A DNA stretch of 32,000 nucleotides. Source: Candidatus Brocadia sp. (GTDB taxonomy: Bacteria; Planctomycetota; Brocadiia; Brocadiales; Brocadiaceae). A model generated the notes under the pieces. It was not told the origin of the DNA and did no database searches. It saw only the letters and a list, made by a program, of their open reading frames with translations. A program made the translations under genes and the position numbers. Position 1 is the first letter of the stretch. Each line of letters opens with the position of its first letter. Of the stretch, positions 27,365-32,000 are shown piece by piece. The stretch lies in NCBI GenBank assembly GCA_021650915.1, contig CP091279.1:1260001-1292000 (forward strand). Reading direction: 5' to 3'.

Positions 27365-29287
27365 ATGTATCTCTCGATTAAAAATCGACTCATTTTTTTA
27401 CTCATTGCTTTTACGTTACTCCCTTTCGTTCTGCTCAGAATGATTGCCTACCCAAGAGTACAGTCTGATCTTCAGGAAATCCTTATACGAAACCTCGACG
27501 GAATTGGTCATAAACAGGCAGAATTGGTAACGAACTGGGTACAGGAGAGGGTTAAAAATATTAGCGTAATCGCAGAAAATCCTTTTATGGCCACATGTGC
27601 AAAAATGACTGAGAAGGATCAGGATTATCCGTATATCGTTCAATATTTAGAATCAATAAAACGCAAATACGGCTACAAGGAGATACTTATCAGTGATAAT
27701 AACGGGCTCATAACCATTGCCACTGCAGTAGAAAGGGCTGGTCACGACATTTCCCAAATGAATTACTTTCAACAGGCGCTTCACGGGAATACCTATATAT
27801 CAGGTATCGTTCCTTCTGAAATTCCCCTAACTAATGAATTGGGAGAAAAAGAATTAGGCATGCCAACCATGTTTGTTTCAACGCCATTAAAAGACAGGGA
27901 TGGAATGATTATCGGTGTCATTGTCATTCGGGTGGACGTAAACGCACTCAATAGCCTTATGTTGAGCCTAAAGTTAGGAACAACCGGAGAAACCTATCTG
28001 GTAAATAACGATGGTTACATGATAACCGAATCACGGTTCGTCCAAGAGCTTAAGGACATGGGCTTAGTAAAACGAAGGAGCGCTTTAGAATTAGCGTTGA
28101 TCAATCGGGAAACGGGCGAATTAACCCGTGGTGTTAAACAGTGTATTGCCGGCATCAATGGTTTCGATGCGAAAGGCTATAGAGATTACCGGGGTACCTT
28201 AGTACTGGGCGTATGGCGCTGGCTGCCTGAATATCATTGGGGCGTTATGGCGGAAATAGATAAAGGCGAAGGCTATGGACCAGCATATAATCTTAATTAT
28301 ATCGTAAGTTCAACATTGATCATACTCGTGGTTCCTATCGTACTGGTAGCATACTTTATCGGCAAAAAGACTTCTACCCCCATCATTCAGCTTACGGAAG
28401 TGACAAAAAAAATTGCATCAGGAGATTTAACCCAGTGTGTAAATATAAAGAGAGCCGATGAAATCGGGATTTTAGCAAACTCCTTTAACGCCATGGCAAA
28501 ATCGTTGGATGAAAAGACGCGGGAGATAGCGGCATCGGAGAAGCGGTATCGGGAATTATTTGGCTCGGTGAAGGAGGGTGTGTATCAATCGGAACCCACC
28601 GAAGACGGCGAGTTTATCAACATAAACCAGGCAGGGGCAGAAATCCTTGGCTATAATTCTCCGGAAGAAGCAATTGGTAAAAAGGTAAAGGACATTTACG
28701 TAAATCCGGAAGACCGCAGAAAGGTCGTTGAAAAACTGACGAAAGACGGAATATGGAGGAGTTTTAGTTCGCTATGCAGGAGGAAAAACGGAGAACAGTT
28801 TTACCTGGAACGGACATCGAATCTGGTTGTCGATGAAACGGGCAAACCTCTCCGTATCGACGGAATCTTCAGAGATATCACGGAACGGAAGCTCCTGGAA
28901 GGAGAATTGCAGGAATCAGAACTCCACTACCGACAATTGTTGAAATTATTGAAGGAAGGCATATATCAATGTGAACCCACGGAAGACGGGGTGTTTACAT
29001 GGATCAATCAGGCGGGAGCAGAGATGTTTGGTTACGCTTCACCGGAAGAAGTGATCGGCATACCGATGAAAAATATCTATGTAGATACTGCTGATCAAAA
29101 AGAATTGATCGATATCCTGCAAAAAAATGGGACGCGGAGAGACTTTATTGTTTACGGTAAGAAAAAAAGTGGCGAACGATTCATTTCTGAAAACACCTGT
29201 AATCTTGTCCGTGATGCCAGCGGCAAACCGATCAAGATCCTTGGAATATTCAGAAATATAACGGGAAAGTGCTTTGCAAATAGCTGA
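27365..29287 (+). CDS. Membrane sensor protein TM-dCache-TM-HAMP-PAS-PAS with no recognisable output domain
   Basis: AAGGAG SD and ATG start. TM1 is LIFLLIAFTLLPFVLL, followed by a periplasmic Cache-like region (~aa 35-305). TM2 is IVSSTLIILVVPIVLVAYFIG, and HAMP is PIIQLTEVTKKIASGDLTQCV...DEIGILANSFNAMAKSL. Two very similar PAS repeats follow (KEGVYQSEPTEDGEFININQAGAEILGY... / KEGIYQCEPTEDGVFTWINQAGAEMFGY...). The ORF stops right after PAS2 (GIFRNITGKCFANS*). Confidence 0.8.
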   Translation: MYLSIKNRLIFLLIAFTLLPFVLLRMIAYPRVQSDLQEILIRNLDGIGHKQAELVTNWVQERVKNISVIAENPFMATCAKMTEKDQDYPYIVQYLESIKRKYGYKEILISDNNGLITIATAVERAGHDISQMNYFQQALHGNTYISGIVPSEIPLTNELGEKELGMPTMFVSTPLKDRDGMIIGVIVIRVDVNALNSLMLSLKLGTTGETYLVNNDGYMITESRFVQELKDMGLVKRRSALELALINRETGELTRGVKQCIAGINGFDAKGYRDYRGTLVLGVWRWLPEYHWGVMAEIDKGEGYGPAYNLNYIVSSTLIILVVPIVLVAYFIGKKTSTPIIQLTEVTKKIASGDLTQCVNIKRADEIGILANSFNAMAKSLDEKTREIAASEKRYRELFGSVKEGVYQSEPTEDGEFININQAGAEILGYNSPEEAIGKKVKDIYVNPEDRRKVVEKLTKDGIWRSFSSLCRRKNGEQFYLERTSNLVVDETGKPLRIDGIFRDITERKLLEGELQESELHYRQLLKLLKEGIYQCEPTEDGVFTWINQAGAEMFGYASPEEVIGIPMKNIYVDTADQKELIDILQKNGTRRDFIVYGKKKSGERFISENTCNLVRDASGKPIKILGIFRNITGKCFANS

Positions 29288-29384
29288 TGCTGACCTTTCG
29301 GTGTCATTTCTGTAAATGAACCGGGTTAGAGGTTCGGATAACTGAGAGGCATGGAAAAAGTCATCCCCTCTTTGACTCATTCTG

Positions 29385-29493
29385 CTAGTGTGCAGACATA
29401 TTAATTACAAATTATATATTGTGGACAATTTTAACTATATCGCGCCGTAAAACAGCATTTATATGTTTCGTTATTAATATGTCTCTACACTAG
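29385..29493. repeat. 109-bp unit bounded by 21-nt inverted repeats (CTAGTGTGCAGACATATTAAT ... ATTAATATGTCTCTACACTAG)
   Basis: The arms are complementary at 19/21 positions, with an adjacent 2-nt mismatch. The spacer is 67 nt and AT-rich. The right arm ends 1 nt before the GGAG SD of the kinase gene. Confidence 0.8.
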
Positions 29494-29504
29494 GGAGTTA
29501 AAAT

Positions 29505-30311
29505 ATGTATTCAATCGACAAATACCATTTTAAAGAATTCAAGATTGCGCCTGGTCACCGGGCGAACTACGCTGTCCTCTGTAATACCGAATTTGAAGAA
29601 AACCAATGGGGTATGAAATATTCACCTGCGAACAATTATTCAAGAGAATACAAGATATTGCCTCTCTTTTCCCACCCGCAGATTCCCATCAGATACAAAG
29701 AGGGAAATGCCATGATGTACAAAGAAGGTAAATCAGTAATCGCACAAAACTATCTCATTATAACCCATTTTGAGGGAGCGGATATCGTTGAATATTTCCA
29801 AAAGAGAGGGTTGCCCGATCAGGATGAAATGAAGCGTGTGATTCAATATTTTTCCAACGCCACGCTACCCTTGCACCACATGCACTCCAAGGGATACATC
29901 CACAGCGATATTAAACCAGGACACATCATTTTAAATCCTCATACGGGCACAATAGCGCTGATTGATCTCGAATGCACGATTAAAATCGGAGAAATCATTT
30001 GCGGTATGAGCAAGGAATACGCATCGCCAGAACAAAAACAGATGATTCGCATGCTACGCGATGGTGAGGAGGAAAAAACTGTGTTGAAAAAAGTCAAGAT
30101 GAACGCGGCATCAGATATGTATTCTGTTGGCTTGATTTTTTACCGGGTATTGACGGGGAAATTATGGCAGGAGGCAAATATCAACCCACAAGAAATCAAC
30201 AAGGCCATTCCGGATAAACTCAACCGGGTTCTCTTAGGACTTTTAGAGGAAAACCCCGATAATCGTATCCCGTCTGCAGAGGCACTAAAAAAAGAACTAG
30301 CGACAGTATAA
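29505..30311 (+). CDS. Stand-alone Hanks-type Ser/Thr kinase-like domain with degenerate catalytic motifs (possible pseudokinase)
   Basis: The subdomain pattern is recognisable: WGMKY (VAIK-like K38), REYKILPLFSHPQIP (alphaC Glu and HPNI-like), YIHSDIKPGHIIL (HRDLKPxN-like, aa 131-143), IDLE (in place of DFG, aa 153-156), YASPEQ (APE-like), SDMYSVGLIFYRVLTG and NPDNRIPSAEAL. The Gly-rich loop is replaced by IAPGHRAN. It has no TM segment and no extra domains. Confidence 0.75.
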   Translation: MYSIDKYHFKEFKIAPGHRANYAVLCNTEFEENQWGMKYSPANNYSREYKILPLFSHPQIPIRYKEGNAMMYKEGKSVIAQNYLIITHFEGADIVEYFQKRGLPDQDEMKRVIQYFSNATLPLHHMHSKGYIHSDIKPGHIILNPHTGTIALIDLECTIKIGEIICGMSKEYASPEQKQMIRMLRDGEEEKTVLKKVKMNAASDMYSVGLIFYRVLTGKLWQEANINPQEINKAIPDKLNRVLLGLLEENPDNRIPSAEALKKELATV

Positions 30312-30457
30312 TTCCTCAGACTAAGCCTCATACAACACAACGAAAGCCATAATACCACCGCTCATAAACGATTACGGCATAGGAAACCATTTACGAATTT
30401 CTCTAAGAAGGCACTTCTTTGACCGTTCCCATTTCGTATTTCCCCTTAAATGCACGA

Positions 30458-30477
30458 GGGCCGCTAAAAAGCGGCCC
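30458..30477. terminator. GC-rich stem-loop GGGCCGC-taaaaa-GCGGCCC between convergent genes
   Basis: A perfect 7-bp stem, 147 nt downstream of the kinase stop. No clear U-tract follows on either strand, so the terminator assignment is tentative. Confidence 0.35.
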
Positions 30478-30583
30478 CCGTAGCATCAAAACCCTGCAGA
30501 AGAATACCTCTTTATAAGTTACCTAAAACAAACACCACAGGAACAAGGCAGTCACCAACGCCATTGTATACAACCGTGGAGAT

Positions 30584-30679
30584 CCCACCGCTCAGAGTTA
30601 CGACATGGGTATGGACATCCCGGAGTTGCGGCAGAGGTAAACCAGCGCCCCGTCCCAGTAGCTTGCAGCTACCGGTGGG
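30584..30679. other. GC-rich (~62%) 96-nt island with a closing helix; candidate small structured RNA
   Basis: CCCACCG (30584-30590) pairs with CGGTGGG (30673-30679). An internal hairpin GTAGCT-tgc-AGCTAC (30658-30672) abuts the closing helix. The flanks are ~40% GC and ORF-free. No known RNA family was recognised. Confidence 0.25.
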
Positions 30680-30809
30680 CAAGAAAACTCCGTCTCTTTA
30701 AGAATGTTCCTGTTCTTTGCTGTTCAAAACACCGCACTTCTGATATCATCTTATTTCAGCCGATCACTTGCGATATGCATCTTAAAATAACTACAAACAA
30801 ATCTACCTG

Positions 30810-31226
30810 TTATTTGCCAAACGAGAATTTTCCCTGAGATCCGCCTACCGTTTGGAATAGGCCTGTATCTGTCGTTACTAAAAAGAGAAGGACGCGTTCC
30901 TGCACCTCAAAGAGGGGACTTTCCGCCATTCCGGGAGAAAATACAACTCGCACCTCAGATTTAGCTGAAAGATCTCCCTTCAAGATACACTCAACCGAGA
31001 CAACTGCTTCCTGATCATTCTTCCTGGAGGAAATCCCCTTCACCGTACCAAATACAACGACATGGGAACGGTTAACCATCTCTGCATTTTCCAGTCGCAG
31101 CACCATGCCATATGCGCGATCAGAAGCCCCCCCAAACAGGCATATATAAAGGAGGAGGAGTGTTATCCCCCCCCCCCCCCATATTTTACCTGCATACTTC
31201 ATAAACTGGAGTTTAGTGTTTCCCAT
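30810..31226 (-). CDS. Small secreted protein of unknown function (~130-138 aa), immediately downstream of the metalloprotease
   Basis: The N-terminus is signal-peptide-like ([27 protein letters not shown]), followed by a beta-strand-rich mature region. The start is ambiguous: ATG 31226, ATG 31202 or TTG 31247. It overlaps or abuts the matrixin stop at 31213. Confidence 0.55.
   Translation of the reverse strand: MGNTKLQFMKYAGKIWGGGGITLLLLYICLFGGASDRAYGMVLRLENAEMVNRSHVVVFGTVKGISSRKNDQEAVVSVECILKGDLSAKSEVRVVFSPGMAESPLFEVQERVLLFLVTTDTGLFQTVGGSQGKFSFGK
31167..31180. repeat. Homopolymeric tract C14 (+) / G14 (coding strand)
   Basis: Counted directly: tgttatCCCC CCCCCCCCCC atatt. It encodes W-G-G-G-G in the signal-peptide region of the small ORF. 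A second G7 tract lies at 31127-31133. Confidence 0.9.
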
Positions 31227-32000
31227 CGTTATAAATATTCTCTCCAAATGCCCGCGCTCTAAATACCGGGTTCACAAAATGCACATTATACGTAGCGTTC
31301 TTGGCAACATCTCCGGGATTTATCACAATATCCCCTAACACCTGACCATTCAGGGATACACGAACGGTCTCAGAATCACCGGCTAGTATGTTATTAGCAA
31401 GCGCTATACTCACTTGCACCTGATCAATATCCTCCCTGGTGGCGGCAAGGCTAAATTGCGCCCTGTACAGGTCTCCGGTATGCCACCAAAAACCATCAAA
31501 TTGGGCACCAAAGGCATTTCGGGATAATACCCCATCCACATCTGCAAACACACTATTTCCGAGATTGGCTGCCCTTGGTAATATACGAGTACTCAGTAAT
31601 CCCGTGCCTTTCTCTCGCAGACTTACCGTTACACCATTTTCTAAAATCCTGAAACTCCCGGAACCAGGCGGTACCGTATCAAGAAGCTCGAGCTGAATGA
31701 CACAGTCATTCGACCGGTTCCCATATATCGCTACAATACCTCTGATATCATCATGAGAAAGATATGCCCTTCTCGCCGAATAGAACGGATACATCAGGGC
31801 ATTGGGATCGGCAGAGTGTCCCAATCCAAGGGCATGACCCATTTCATGGGCAGCAACAGTCAACAGATCAATTCCTGCCCCTCCAAACGTGGGCGACACC
31901 CATGTTTCGGCATCGTCAAAATGGATGTCTCCGGCAATACAACCGGCATTTACGGGTGGTGGATAAAAGGCATGCGCCAATACACCGCCCGCACCATCGA
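31213..32000 (-). CDS. Matrixin-type (M10) zinc metalloprotease with an unknown C-terminal beta-rich domain; 5' end outside the window
   Basis: The frame is open to the window edge (...[14 protein letters not shown]). It has HFDDAETW, the zinc site [14 protein letters not shown] and the Met-turn ALMYP. About 160 aa C-terminal to the catalytic domain carry no recognisable motif. Confidence 0.85.
   Translation of the reverse strand, partial: DGAGGVLAHAFYPPPVNAGCIAGDIHFDDAETWVSPTFGGAGIDLLTVAAHEMGHALGLGHSADPNALMYPFYSARRAYLSHDDIRGIVAIYGNRSNDCVIQLELLDTVPPGSGSFRILENGVTVSLREKGTGLLSTRILPRAANLGNSVFADVDGVLSRNAFGAQFDGFWWHTGDLYRAQFSLAATREDIDQVQVSIALANNILAGDSETVRVSLNGQVLGDIVINPGDVAKNATYNVHFVNPVFRARAFGENIYNDGKH

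Noticed and set aside
29039-29380. 113-aa minus-strand ORF overlapping the 3' end of the sensor gene
   Set aside because: It is antisense to a well-supported PAS-coding region and has no motifs, so it is a shadow ORF.
29288-29504. Possibility that the sensor is a frameshifted histidine kinase with its output domain decayed downstream
   Set aside because: Translating the 217-nt gap in the three forward frames gives only short stop-riddled peptides, with no H-box, N, G1 or G2 motif. The next ORF is a Hanks kinase, not an HK remnant. An assembly truncation cannot be excluded without reads.

Overview
This looks like a bacterial chromosomal window with GC in the mid-40s by eye. The taxon cannot be established from the sequence alone. 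Nearly everything is transcribed on the minus strand.

Gene content from left to right:
- The 3' end of an AGCS alanine:cation symporter.
- A minus-strand run of larB, nnrD, an HKD-less PLD/Nuc-like secreted protein, a PII protein, and a ~900-aa internally duplicated FAD (geranylgeranyl-reductase-like) oxidoreductase.
- A ~780-bp ORF-free spacer rich in palindromes.
- A 2-oxoacid dehydrogenase/lipoylation operon: half-ferritin, E1alpha, E1beta, E2, lipB, a PI3/PI4-kinase-like ORF, lipA. No E3 is present.
- A MidA-type methyltransferase.
- Two heavy-metal RND efflux systems, one with adaptor plus pump and one with outer-membrane factor, adaptor and pump. They are separated by ynfA.
- A small Cys/His-rich ORF.
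- On the plus strand, a Cache-HAMP-PAS-PAS sensor with no output domain, followed by a stand-alone atypical Hanks-type kinase.
- A minus-strand matrixin-type metalloprotease (5' end outside the window) followed by a small secreted-protein gene carrying a G14 tract.

I recognised no rRNA, tRNA, CRISPR array, transposase or integrase.

The candidates I consider most worth follow-up are:
- The paired double-hairpin elements around ynfA, which show a pairing-preserving substitution between the two copies.
- The kinase-like gene embedded between lipB and lipA.
- The output-less sensor paired with a degenerate Hanks kinase.
- The homopolymeric tract next to the protease gene.

All functional calls rest on motif recognition by eye. 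No database search was possible.
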